Shown in pieces: positions 49,862 through 63,500 of a DNA stretch of 64,000 nt (the stretch's first letter is position 1; each line of letters begins with the position of its first letter). Location of the stretch: contig JBITNC010000001.1 of the NCBI GenBank assembly GCA_050084985.1, positions 184,946,001-185,010,000 on the forward strand, read 5' to 3'. The DNA is from Nageia nagi. Taxonomy: Eukaryota; Plantae; Pinophyta. Made by a program: the position numbers and the translations under genes. Below the pieces are notes generated by a model. The model ran no database searches. It saw only the letters and a list, made by a program, of their open reading frames with translations, and was not told the DNA's origin.

Positions 49862-50369
49862 TTTGTTGAGTTATCTGTCAGAAAGTCAGACATGAACTCA
49901 TATAGTTTTCTGTTTTTATACATATCCTTCAGCAAAAGGACACGTTTCCTTCAAACTAGTGTGCATCAGTTTTTGGCTTTCTTCTTGTTTTTGTAACAGT
50001 TGTTTATTATTCAAATAAAGGATGGCAATTTTACTTCAATTATGTGCTATTTCTAAATCTGTTTAGCAATTTTGGAATTATACTACTGTCAACTGTCAAG
50101 TATATGTTTACCAGGATTGAAAGATTTTTGGCAAGTGTACATTTACATACGTTGTTGATGCCTATCATTGTATAATTTTTTATGATATCCAATATACTTT
50201 TTGATGGGATGAATGCATATCTTCCTATACTGTTTTTTTCCCTTTCTGATTTTAAATATTCTATTATCACAACATTTACCATCTGCTAATAAATACTTAT
50301 GAAACTTTGGAGTAAGAGCATGCTCTTAATTTCTCTGTTAAACTGCATGTTTGTTTTCTGTCTCAATAG

Positions 50370-50513
50370 GCTGCCTTGAGTAATACTTGTATTCCAAAGG
50401 TTGAAGTGGTGCCTAGTGCCTCACCTGATGAGCAAGAAGACATTGGGATCAGCGACGAAGAATTTACACATTTAGATACATCTCGAGTTCCAGTCATAGT
50501 GACTTTAACAAAG
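50370..50513 (+). CDS. RRP42: RRP42 coding exon 6
   Basis: AALSNTCIPKVEVVPSASPDEQEDIGISDEEFTHLDTSRVPVIVTLTK; flanked by aatag and gtaaat. Confidence 0.95.
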
Positions 50514-50934
50514 GTAAATCATACCCATAGAGAATATTGAACATGCTCAACATATAAATTTATTCCATCAGTGTTGCGTTCACCATTTCTGTACTGATGT
50601 AGTGTATTTCATACATCTTTAGCAATATAAAACTAATTACAGATTATTTTCAATGGAAATGCATTTTTCGATGTTCAAGTCATCCAAGGAGTACCTATTC
50701 TGTGTGTGGTGTTGGTTCACAATCGAAGATTTGTTTTTTGAGCCATAATTTTATTTTACCATACTGGTTATGGCATTTTGGAAATTTAATTAATGAAAAA
50801 GGTATGGTTAACACTTTTAAGATTTAATCTCTCTGGAAAAAAATGCATATTGTCTTCAATCCATCATTCAAGGAATTATATATTAAGCATTGATGCCAAG
50901 TTCATAAAGAACATGAATTATATCAAAGGTTGGC

Positions 50935-51981
50935 TGAAATATACCAACCAAATAATCACAGAAAATAGCAAATTCACAACAAATCTATTTCTTATTTTTA
51001 CACGGAAAATTGCAGCAATACTGATTTTTTTTCCACAATAACAACATTACAGTCATGATCTATTGAAAGAGAATAAATGAGACTGATTCTAACAGTAAAT
51101 CACCACAAATACAGCAGATCTTGCCCAAAAATGACCAAGTATTAGATCTGACTTCTACAAAATTAGTTTAGCAGTGCTTTGGTTGGACATTTTGCTCCAC
51201 AAGTCTGAAAATGTCTTCAAAACACTGAAATGGCCCTTCTAGGGCTGGACGCTTGACTCCAAGGCTCAAGTATAGGTATTTGTGGTGCACAGAAAATTCC
51301 AGCAAAACCCTCAGTGCTGGATCTGGACTCTGTAGCGAAATTTATCCGTAAAGTTGCTCAATCTTCCTTCCAAGGCTGGACGTTCCACCTTGGGCTCAAT
51401 ATGCCTCCAAATCTGACATCAAATTGCAATCTTCAATCTCTCCAATGGCAGATCTAGGATGCTGAATTATTCTTTTCGGCAATGAAGTGTAAATGCAAAC
51501 CTTGAATGGATTTGCCTTTCAAGTGGGTAGATAGCTCTAGGGTTTTATCCTTCAAGCCTCTAGAGGGGTTATCCTCTAGGAACCCCAATGATCTCTTGCA
51601 AGATTTCCAATCTATGAGAGCCAAAAGAAATTGCTAGCCACAACAATATTCTCCCGAGGAAACAACAATATTCTCAATAGTTTGATCTCACAAATGAAAG
51701 ACTTCCTCCTTTATATAGACAATACTCTTCATTAGGGTTTCTACAAACATCCCCTAGATCTCTTAGATGCTCAAGATTAAGTCTCCACCTTTGGATTCCC
51801 AATTGGATGGCCCACAATCACTTATAAGGTTATTTAAGCACATGCTAAATTCTAACACCTTATTGACTTTAGTTTAACACTTTATCCACTTTATTAAAAA
51901 TAAAACATAACACACCTTCCAAACACAATAAAACACACCTAAATAATATTTACAAAACTGGATTAAAATAATGACATTACA
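50935..51981 (-). mobile_element. Solo LTR, family C, in intron 6
   Basis: Reverse complement of 31258-32363 (e.g. ttgctagccacaacaatattctcc); ends GACATTACA; TSD TTGGC/TTAGC. Confidence 0.8.
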
Positions 51982-52788
51982 TTAGCCAATATTTAGAAGC
52001 CTTCTTTATTCATAAAAGCCTAAACTAGTTATCGCAGTTAACATTAGGAGTTGGCGATCATGCATTGAGAAAATTTCCACGAAGATCAACCAGCATTGAA
52101 TCAACTACAAAAATGCTAGCCAAGCACATTCGTAATTGTAGTATTGCATTACACATTTTAAAGAAAATACTCATCATTGACAGTCTCAATAGTTATAACT
52201 CAACATAGATGTAAAGCTTAGTTTCAACTGTCAAACCAGCCTTTGCATACTTGGGTCTTGTATGATTTAAGATTCTTGCATTTGTGAAATTGAACCATTG
52301 AGGCTGCTGTGTTGGATGTGCTGTTTAAAATATTGACGTTAGATTTTCTTGAATTGATTTGCAGAAATTAGTTGGTTTACTTCTATATTTTTCTATTATT
52401 ACTCCCACAAACAATGTTTGGTTGTGATCAATTCCAGCTGCAACATTTGCAGTTCGTTGAATTCAAAGGTTCAGCTAAAGCAAATATATTAATACAGTTA
52501 ATGATGTAGATGTGCACTCTGTTCACTATTTAACTTTGATAGACCACTCAGTCTCCCTTATTCAAGTGTATCTACAAGAATAGAAGTCCATATAAAAACT
52601 AGTGTGCTTTATATTAATCAGGTCCTCCATGTATTTGAGATTATTTTTAAGCATGTTCGGAGGAACTGAGTTCTTTATTATTTTTTTTCCTTTTCTTCAG
52701 ATTTCCAGTAATTTTGTTATGTATTTGTTTAAATTTGTGAATGTTTTCATTCGCTGCAAGGTTCTTGATATATTGATTTATTTTGTAG

Positions 52789-53034
52789 ATAGGAAGGCAC
52801 TACATAGTGGATGCAACTTTGGAAGAGGAATCTCAAATGAGTTCAGCGGTTTCAGTATCTGTCAATAAATTTGGCCATATATGTGGATTGACCAAACGAG
52901 GTGGGGCAGGACTTGATCAGAGCGTTGTTCTTGATATGTTATCTGTTGCCCAACATGTTGGCCAGCGTTTGAGGACTCTAGTAGACTCGGAGATCGCTGC
53001 TGCAGAAGCTCGTATGGCTGATGATCAATCGTAA
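52789..53034 (+). CDS. RRP42: RRP42 coding exon 7 (terminal)
   Basis: IGRHYIVDATLEEESQMSSAVSVSVNKFGHICGLTKRGGAGLDQSVVLDMLSVAQHVGQRLRTLVDSEIAAAEARMADDQS*; contains ORF 52807..53034. Confidence 0.95.
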   Translation: MGRHYIVDATLEEESQMSSAVSVSVNKFGHICGLTKRGGAGLDQSVVLDMLSVAQHVGQRLRTLVDSEIAAAEARMADDQS

Positions 53035-55754
53035 AATTTCATATTTGATAACAGATGGTTCCTTACTATGATCAGGAATTGTCAAATGAATCTAATTAAA
53101 GCTAAAAAATCATTTCAAAAATATTTTCATATTTTATTTCATTAATCCTGGTTGATTCTAGCATACAAATACTGTTTTCGAGTTTTAATGAAATGTGTAT
53201 TACTGCTGAACATTTTGTTATCATTTCACTGGGCTTATTCTGTCAGAATATTGTATTTCTAAGAAGCTTGTATTCTTTAATTAGCTGCATAGAGGAACTA
53301 AAGGGAGAGATTGTTGAAAAATATTTGAAGGAGCTAATTGAACACATTCTTAGTTTACGGCCTTCCTGTCAAAGTGTTTCTTGAAATGTATGTCATTATT
53401 ATGAATTATTTTTAGAGAGACAGTGTAGTTGGAGGGATTGTAATGATCTAAATATGTTTTAGAAAAAGTAGAGTTTTAAAAGGGTCTCTGAAAACATTTA
53501 CAGATTTTCATAAAGATATTTGAATCTCAGACATAAATCAGAACAATAAAAAAGATTAAGAAACCTAGCAACATGATTGTTGACATCTCCAAAGAGGGTA
53601 TTGGAGAACTTTTAATTCCAAAATAAAAGCTTCATCTTTTGGATTTCCTAGGGGTTTTAAGCCCTCCTGAAAACTTCTGAAGACCATTTGTACTCTTATG
53701 CTCAATTTTCCTTCTCCTTAATGGTCTTCCTTGAGCATTTTCATCCTTAGGACCAAAACCTCATTTCTTATGGGATCTAGTTTGACAGGTATAGGGTGAG
53801 TTGCTTACCGAGAAAAGTCATCCACCAATCTTTGAGAAAATTTTCATGTTTTTTCAAGATCTCCTCAAGATATCTGTTTGTAGTACTTGGTCCTAGGTCT
53901 CGTTGCTTTTCCTTGCTTATTGGTCTTCTCCATCATCTTCTCAGGGCAATGACTAGTCAAATGCCTTGTTTCACATTGAAGGTAGAAACTTGGATTGCTC
54001 TCATATTTGATCTTTTGCACCAAGTTTCAAAAGTTTGATACTAAGGTTATATAATGGGGAAGTTGTCTCCATATGTGTATGCACACTTATTCAGGCACAC
54101 AACATATAGGATTTAGTTCTCGTGGCGTTATCTATTGGTATTGGGTCTGCTACCAATTATGCAAATACTTGAGAAGACATCATCATGTAAAAACTGAATG
54201 TGCAGGCATGGTATCTGATCCACATGTCGAGACAATGTTGATTTTTTAGGTTCTTGGGTCAAAATCCAAGCTTTATTTTCTAAAAAAAGCCCTCTTATGT
54301 CCAAAAAACCAAAGAACATTGTCAAAATAATTTCTATGTCCCTCTCTACATTAGGTGTTGACATCTAAAATAGATACACTTTTCTATTTTAGTTATTTTA
54401 ATATAAATGGTAATATATGTTCTTTATTTTGATATTATTTATGATATATTATCATGTTGTATTGACATGCACATCATCCCATGTTATTTCATTCTTTTGT
54501 AGTGAAAGGGTTTAGGTGACAACTAAGTGAGCTAACTTGAGTCAAAAGGAGAATGCCCATATAAGGAGGACCATGACTATTGGATCTTAGTCTTGATTGT
54601 TCATGCATACTTTTTGTGTTGGTGTTTCTTAGCACCACCTATCAAGATATGATATCTTTTTATGACAAGGGCTCTTATCTTCCATCTTTTGTTATTATAT
54701 ACTAGTCTAGGTTGAAGGTGTAAAATAGAAAAAAATAATAATTTAGAAGCTACAATTTGTGCATCAATATGAGAAAATATTATGAAACCCTAAATATTGA
54801 AAAAATTGTAGAATTGAACATCAAACCATAATTTGACATAATATCTAATGTGGAAGCCCACCCACCCCAAAAGGGAAAAACCACATCAATGAGAGACCCT
54901 CTAATCTTTATTTCCTCCATCAACAATGTCGGACAATGTATATCTTGTTTGAAACCAAGGTTCTATTCTACAAATATCCAAGTACTTAAAAATGCTCATG
55001 CAACACTTACACAATAATTCTCCTAACATTCAAATAATATTTCAACGAATAAATTTCCATATTCTAATTACTTGGAAATTCATCCATTGGAATTACAAAC
55101 CACCACTAGAGTACATGAGGCACTTGTCTCATGCACATTTAGTTAAATATGCCACCATTACTCACACATGCCACTTGCCATGCCACATTCCACCATGGGG
55201 ATGGCATATTCATGCCACATGGCACCATACATATGGCACACTCCACCACATGCCACAACAAGGAGTTCATGCCAAGTCACTTAGTGTGACTCAAGTTGAC
55301 TAAGTGACACATATTAGCTAGTATAATTATTTAATAGTAAATAATAAACTAGCCTACATATATAATAAAATAAACTTATATATTATTTTTATATGTATGC
55401 TAATGTATTTATATTACATATGCAATATATAATATAAAAACTTAATATAGGCTAAAGTATTTATATTATATGTAACATATAATATAAATACCCATTATTT
55501 ATCTTAGTTACTTAAGAACTAATACAATTATGTTCACATATTATTAGTTGAAATATTACAATTATAACCTTAGGTTCGAATTGTTTAATTATATGTTCCA
55601 ATATTCCCTCTTAATCTAATTTGGGATTATAATACAAAATTACAATTACAATGATGAGGTTCCCAAGAACCAATCCTAAACATAGGAGTGATGTCTCGTT
55701 GGCAAATACATCTTCAACATAGGCATGCGACTACAAGTTGTGGAAAAGAGCATA

Positions 55755-56135
55755 ATCCATCCATCAACATGGATCTACAAAACAATACATTAACACAAAC
55801 TTAATAATCGTATAAATTCCAACATTATGGAAATAAGTGGCATTTATCCATTAATCATAGATACAAAATTCCAATACATTGGAACCGGATATATGGCAAA
55901 TAATCATCCATCAAGAAAGGATATATAAACATTCGTGGGAAACAAATATCCATCATCTTGGAAACAATCTATGTGGCAAACTAACATCCACAATCATGAA
56001 AACAAATTAGTGGAAAATAAACATCCATAGTCATGGATATAAATATATGGACAAACCACATCAATAAAAAAATAATCCATCATCATGGATAAAAAAAAAT
56101 ACCAAACAATCATCCAGCAACATGGATACAAACAA
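55755..56135. repeat. Degenerate array of short palindromes ATCCA-N6-TGGAT
   Basis: atccatcaacatggat, atccatcatcttggaa, atccatagtcatggat, atccatcatcatggat, atccagcaacatggat and weaker copies. Confidence 0.6.
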
Positions 56136-57589
56136 ATAAATAATTTTCATTAAACAATTAGAGGCTTAAGATATGTGCCACCACACATAAGATGCGAAAA
56201 ATAAAATAAAAAATTATCCTTTTCTCATGTTGTGACCTTGTTTCACAGTGTCCCATGCTCAAATCCTACTAAGAGTGATACAATGTACTCCTATAGTTGT
56301 CCCATAGACCGCTCTTGGTCTCCCTAGGATGTTAATAAAATTTCCTTCTTTCTCTTCTTTCCCCTTGAGGGAAAATCTATTAAGCCTAGTTTTGTTCTAA
56401 GATAAATAACTTAAAGAAAGAAGAGTAAAAATGAACATAAGTAAGCTTAGAAGGCTACATTATCATTTTTTTCTTCATATTGAGGTTTCTTACCTCCCGT
56501 GTTACCTTTTACTTTCTTCGAAGTTTTCTTCTTTTTGTAGCAAGTATTTTCTTTATCGCCAAATATCCCACGAAAATTGCAAGTTCCATTAAATTTTGTG
56601 ATTTTCACCCTTTTCTCAAACTTATTTGTGGAGAATTTTTCATTATTTTTATTCTAGAAATTATTGTTCTTATTGAACTTCTTAGGTTTATCATAACTCC
56701 ATCAGGTTCCTTTTTAATGTTAAAATTCTAAGAGAGTAAATAAAACTTCCTTCTCATATTTGAACTTGTAAACATGGTTTTTATTTCATGGACCATTCAT
56801 CAAATGTAAAGTTAGAGATATGAATGAGTATATCATCATTAATTGATCTAAAGTTTAAACAACATAGATATAACTTGTTGATGTTTTTAAGTTCCATTGT
56901 TCAAGCAATATATCATTTTATATTTGTGGTTCCTCTTTACTTACCACTTTCCATAATTGCCTTGTTTGTTATTATGGTCATATTTTAGGCTCTTATATGC
57001 CATAACACTACACAAACAATCACTTTTTACGATGAATTTTTAGAGTGGTTTTCAAATTCCCTAGTATATCCTAAGAGGGCAGTTTAAAACCACCCTAAAA
57101 AGTCACCTTAAATAAAAAAAAATGGAGGAACTTTTTAGAAACAAACCATGATGGTTGGATGTTATTACGTGTCGATCTTTTTGTGTTGACATTGCACACC
57201 AAAAAATATCTCTAAGACATTCAAAATTTTCCATTCTTATGAGAGATGCCATTTGAGTAGTGACATTTCTTTTACCTAAGAAGTGATTTTTATTTTTCTC
57301 GAACAATGATTTTCAATTGGGTAGTTTGTATGTAAGAGGATTTTGGGACGCTCACAACGTAGAGGTTTTTGCTCATACTCATAGGGTTTTGGGAGGGTTT
57401 CAATCATCAAAGCTACCACTATGGTCATTGCATTCATCAATCTCCAAGGTAAATTCATTAGGTTGGACACCATTTCCACTTCATTGCATTTTATTTAATT
57501 GAATAAGGTTTTGTAAAGTTACAAGGGTTTATGAATTCTACAAGCACCAAGCAAACAAGTACACACTACAATATTAGGTTTTATTGCCA

Positions 57590-60505
57590 TGTGTTAATAT
57601 GTGTTTTGGTACACCTAGGTTTACCTCAAAATGACCTAAAAGTACATATACATTCATTTGTATGATGAACCTAAGGTAATTAACTTAGATAAACATATAT
57701 GAATTAGGGAATTCAATAGTACAATAACAGAATAACGAAATTACAATGATGTCAAGATGTAAAATGCAACAACATGCACTTAAAAGAAATGAATCAAGTG
57801 AAAGATAAATATCGGTGCATCCTCATTTGTGTCAAGGTCAAGGATATGATAGATGAACTTATCAAAGAGTGGTGACCTTATTGTGCGAACCCTAAGGCCA
57901 AATGTAAAAGAAACACTAACATGGGCGTGAGTCTTACAAAGCTTAGCACAAGCACGAACCTTAGAGCAAGCGCTAATGACCTTGAAGAATGAGGTTCGCA
58001 AATAAGGATCGATGACAACAGAGATGACGACAAGTCAAACCAAGCATATGATCGCAAAAGTGGATGATAAATATTCGTTCGAGTGATAACAAGATTCCAA
58101 TCTCAATAGGTGGCATTTAGAAACATCCAAGTGTAGGGTACTGACTTTCGAGATGTAATCTTGACATGGTTTCCCTAGGTTAGACATACTTACATTTATA
58201 CTAGACGTGATTCATCATTTGACCCCTTATGTGAAGGTAGTAGCCATCCCTGTGTACCTAACATAAAACATAAGAATACAACTTGAGCAATATGTGATAT
58301 TAAGGTAAAATATGATCATATATGAATAAATGTGATTAAAACATGTATGTTTGTTGCACCTAAGTGGGATCGTGTTAAGGGGACCACTTTTAGGTGTTAA
58401 TAAATGCCCCTTTTTGTAAGTATAATGAAATTGAATCTTGAAATGATATTATGCTTGCAAAAGAAGTAAAAATAAAGAGATGAAAAATTTGATACTTCCC
58501 TGGTTTAGTTGTCCTGATCATCAAGGATTTGATGATGTATATTTCCTCCTCTTTTCCTTGGTTGTGAGATGTAATAGCTTGCATGTAGTAGAATTAACCA
58601 AGATCAAAAACTGAACCTAAAAATGAGAGGCAAACACATTCAAGCACATATATGATTGTTAACTCATAAAAGATATAACGATGATATTAAGAGAGAACAT
58701 CATAGCATTTCATCAAATGATATAGCAATAATGCAACAATGATGAAATAAATATAATATGCATACATCATCTTGAGAATACTAAATACAAAAATACTCAA
58801 TGTTTTATTCTTAAATGCATACATAAGAGAATCATGATAAAAAGTGTGTTCACATCATCATGGGGTACATGCCCTATTCCTAGATGGAACATATGCAATC
58901 AAAACCATGTATGTTGACATCATCATGAGGTACATGCCCATTCCTAGATGGAACATATGAATCAGGAAAAAAAGATGGTGATGGTTAGTTGAGACCCAAC
59001 CCAAAAAGATGAATAAAAGATGGAGATTAGTTAATACCCAACCAACAAAGGTGACTCAAGGATATGGATGGTTTGAATATTTCCCAACCATGCTATATGA
59101 TATTCTCATCATCATGAGGTACATGCCCCATTCTTAGGTGTGATTAAGGGTTGATTGGTTTGAATATTTTCTAATCATGAATGATTATAGTATCAGTGAT
59201 AATGTGGCCAGTAAATTGAAGATTAATTTAGTTCCAATCTCTAGGCTAACCTAAAAAAGTGGTTCATTTAGTTCCAGTCAAATGATCAAAATAATGATGG
59301 TTATTTAGTGTACACCCAACAAGGATACGATGTGCTAAGCATGATAACAAAGTATCAAATGATTAAATGATAATTGTAAATGTAAAGGTAAGATAGTAGA
59401 GAACAATACCTCCACTTACCTATGACGAACGATATGATTTGGTGCAAAAATACTAGTGCAGGCATGGAGCCTTGCATTGAATCAAACCCCATAAATTTTG
59501 TGAGATTGAGGTATGATTGAGTTGCTATGACTGACCTATGTGTGATGTCTGAAATCTACATAGAATTTTCCACAACATTGTATACATGATTGATTGTACT
59601 TAATGTCATTATTCTAGGAATAACAACTGATTGAAAAAATTCTAGAGGTGCCACATTAGTTAACAACTGATTGAAAAAATTCTAGAGGTGCCACATTAGT
59701 TATTTGACTTGACTACGACTTCTAAAAATTGTAACTTTGATTGGAACCTAAAATGTGCTATGGATACCAGTGCAAGTTTTGGGATAGCTGATAATTTTGG
59801 CACAAAGAGCTAGTATGAGTGCTAACTTAACATAACTTGAACGAAGCTAAGATCATTATACTTGACTTCTGTACTGGTGATTTACTGAAGTACGAACTCT
59901 AGAACATGTGTGAAAAGATTTCCTCATGCATAGAAGGGCTTGAGATGCTTTACATTGGTTGAAAATTTGTCAACTTTCCCCTCAATTGTTACCAACTTGT
60001 ATGCATTGTTTGGATACTTAATCTTTATGATGTAGGGACCAATCCAATTAGTCTCAAATTTACCTTTGTATTATTTTTCAACCTATGACTTATGATGATT
60101 CTCCTTTAGTACTAGATCACCCAATTGGAATTCACGTGGCATAATCATTTTTCCATGTGTTTTTTTGCTCTTTTTTTGATAAGCTTTGAGATGTTCTAAT
60201 GCATGAATTCTCTTTTCATCCAAACCTTCTAACAGTATTAATCTTACTTTTTGTTGTTCTTCCCAATCAATGATCCCTTCTAGAGACACATTTAGTGATG
60301 GGATCTCAAATGGTAAGACAACCTCATCTCCATAGATTAATGAAAATAGAGTACACCCTGTAGCTGATCTAATGCTTGTTCTATATGCCCATAAGGCATA
60401 TATGAGTTGAGAGTGCCAATCTCTATGATTTTTCTTTACTATCTTGCATAATATATTTACAATTATCTTGTTATTTGCTTCAGCTTGTCCATTGCCTTAT
60501 GGATA
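57590..60505 (-). mobile_element. Tat/Ogre-like gypsy 3' half: integrase 59930-60505, repeat-rich 3' region, PPT and 3' LTR (about 57590-58402)
   Basis: GNGQAEANNK..RDWHSQLIYALWAYRTSIRSATG..LIYGDEVVLPFEIPSL..REFQLGDLVL..GKFETNWIGPY; PPT AAAAAGGGGCA at about 58405-58415. Confidence 0.8.
59621..59700. repeat. Perfect 40-bp tandem duplication
   Basis: taacaactgattgaaaaaattctagaggtgccacattagt x2. Confidence 0.95.
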
Positions 60506-63500
60506 TGTCTACCAAAAAATCAACCCCTATGAGCACACAAGACAAAATATTAAGACACACAACATATTTTAATTGATCTTCTTGATAAACCTCGATTACA
60601 ATAACAGATCACTAAATCTATTACCTTGTACAAAAGGGTTTATTATGTTTTGTATGCCAAAATGATCTAAGATTGGAAATATGGATGATATAGGGTCGCT
60701 GGCAACCCTGGGTAGGTCGCTGGCGACTGGAATGAAACATCGATGATTGTAATTCGGAACGTCGACGATCAGGATCCGGATGTTAGAGTTTCTGCACCCT
60801 TTTGTATTCATTTTCCTTCTTGGTTCTTGATTCCCAATGTTTGAATCTTCGATGTATTTACTCTTTAATGCATCTCAACACCTGTGGACCCTGCACACAT
60901 GTTAAGACAAATTCATCAAACATACCTATTCACAATGATAAATGATTTAACATGAAGCAAACATGACATAGAAGGAATGAAGTAAAGCCTAAAATGTCTT
61001 ATCTCATTATAGCAGTATAACATTACTTCGAATTCGGGTCCCTTATTGCTTTGTTTTGGCTTGTATTTATAGATTTTTGGGTGAGATTTTCCAAGGTTGG
61101 TAAGGGGGAGTCAAAGCTTATCATAAGCTTAAAATAGCAAGGAAGGTTGGAGTCAAATGCCATCGTAGGTCGTAACTGACCCCCTCTATCCTCAGTATCT
61201 CGAAAGAATGAGATGTTACAACTTTATTTTACTATTTTTGGTTTCTGTTTGGTTGTTACAGAGTTGCCAGCGATTACTAGGTGGACGCCGACGATCATCC
61301 TAAAACGTCGGCGATTGTTTTGGGTCGGTGGCGACTATTTTTCAATTTTTATAACAATATTAAAATGACCGCCAAATAGCCAATTTTTACTGAAAAGGGG
61401 TCATGTGACCACTCATTTTGCATGTACTTGATGAGAGCTATCCAATAATATGGTTTTCAAACCTATTTTATATTGTCACAAAGAGTTATGATTATTTCAA
61501 TGTTTACTAGTTGAAAAAGGGACATTTTTAGGTGTCTACATTTTGCCCCTTTTTGAATTATCAACCGAAAATGCGGTTGATGATTTCAAAAATATAGAAT
61601 GAGAAGCTTTGTTGCTTGATTGTTTGTTGTTGCTTTTTTATGATATAAGTTTTGACTCAATTTCTTAGATGAATCAGAATTTTGATTTATCAAATTATGA
61701 TAAAATGTGTTTTCCTTTAACATTTGATGTAGTTTTGAAAACAAATTTGAATATACTTCAGAAGTGACTGCTTTCAGTATGACGATGTGTTGAGCTTATG
61801 TGACAGTTGCATGAAATTTCTATTATATCATTTTGCATGTCTAAGTGCACATGTACCGTATAAGTTTTCTTTAGTATATGAGTTTTGATGGTGTTGTCCT
61901 TTGTCCCGACAATAGGGTTTCAAGATGATCTCATGTAACAATGATACATCACATTTTATCTTCTTTGATATTTGTAAATGTTAACGATATTTTTAAGAAA
62001 TATCATCAAAATCTTTTTTTTTTTGTATAAAGCTTAAGATCTTTTAGTAGGATATAATTATAGCTTCTCTGAATCAAAACTTATTATTTATATATATTTC
62101 ATCGTCTTGTGTTGTCATGAGGATAGTCCTTGCCATGACTGAATATGATTTTTTTTTTGAATTTTGCAATTGATACGTTCTGAAAATGATATTGTAATAC
62201 ATCAAAACTACACGTGTGTCAATCTCCATACTGTGTGTTGTTTATGGTAGTTGCATGACAAGACTCTAGTTTGTCTCTGCATACCGAAGCGAGTATGTGA
62301 TGGTAAGTTGCATGACAAGACTCTAGTTTGTCTATGCATGTCGAAGCGAGTATGTGATAGGAAGCTTGTTTTGTATATAATTTTGAGATAGTGATGTTGT
62401 ATATCAAAACTTCACTTGTGTTTATCTCCATACTGTGTGCTATTTATGGTAGTTGCATGACAAGACTCTAGTTTGTCTCCGCATGCCGAAGCGAGTATGT
62501 GATAGGAAGCTTGTTTTGTATATACAAGTCATCTTTCATTTTTCTCTGCTTTTGACCCAGCATAATGGGTTTCGTGATGATCTTTTGCATAAGTATTTTA
62601 GAATCATATTGAGCATAAATATCTTATTTTAGATTATAAGTAATTTTAATTACCTTAACCGTGAGTAGACATATAACTTTTGATTTTGTAATTAACAATG
62701 TTTTGCACTTAATTTGGGAACATTTTAAGAGAGATGTAACCATAGTCTTACTATGTGATCGCGGGCTTACTTTGATTGTGGTGTTGATCTTAGCATTATG
62801 GCCCCTTTTGAACTGACTAATGATGTCAGTGATGATGATGATAGACTGTTCAAAAAACTAATACATATTAGCTAGTGAACAAGTAAGATGAATGTGCAAA
62901 TGATTCTAACCTTATTGTTCCAATCATTTATAGGTGAACATCAGGTTTGATTTTAGGTCATGGGAAGTTGTATTTACCCCAATTATCCAGGTATGATTTC
63001 TTGAGCTTTGCCATTGAAGTATTTTGAACACATGTTGGTTGTACACCAAATAGGTACTAAAGGCTTGTTTCCATATATCATTACATGGGTGTCTTGTGTT
63101 TATCCCAAGGGAATGTATGGAGCTGAGCCAGGTATATGACATGAAGTCCCCTTTGTGTGCACTGATTTGAATTTTGATTATTATGTTATTGCTCTAGAAG
63201 AATAGGTTTTACAAAAATCATTGGAATCCTATTTTTTGATGGCTAGGGTTTCCTAAATACGTATAACAATAAGTGATGACTAAACATGCATAACATGACA
63301 TATGATTTGAACTAGGAAGTTCATGATTCATTGTAAGATCATAAACAATAAATGGTGTTTATCCTATCAAGGATTCATGATGAAATTGTTTATGATCGAG
63401 TTTGCATGTTTATTTGGTTATCTTCTTCATGTTTTGACTTATTCCCATGAGTACATATATGTGATGTATGAATATGACGAATGGTTGACACACATACAAT

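Larger units (their letters stand above)
5169..53034 (+). other. RRP42: RRP42/EXOSC7 gene span (exosome core RNase PH-like subunit): 7 coding exons, 870-nt CDS, 289 aa, intron phases 0,0,0,1,0,0
   Basis: Exons 5169-5294, 5453-5509, 6365-6457, 6821-6899, 34890-35014, 50370-50513 and 52789-53034 join in frame across GT..AG introns. The product MVGLSLAEQHFIQGGITQDLRSDGR...ICGLTKRGGAGLDQSVVLDMLSVA...EIAAAEARMADDQS* is colinear with plant RRP42 as I recall it. Confidence 0.95.

Noticed and set aside
53570-57500. Further decayed LTR-like segments downstream of the gene
   Set aside because: TG..CA-like starts are seen (about 53578 and 54357), but boundaries and TSDs could not be established.
10481-60505. 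The same GGATA target 5-mer for two insertions into gypsy integrase genes (10481 and 60501)
   Set aside because: Different element types and different integrase positions; two events are compatible with chance.
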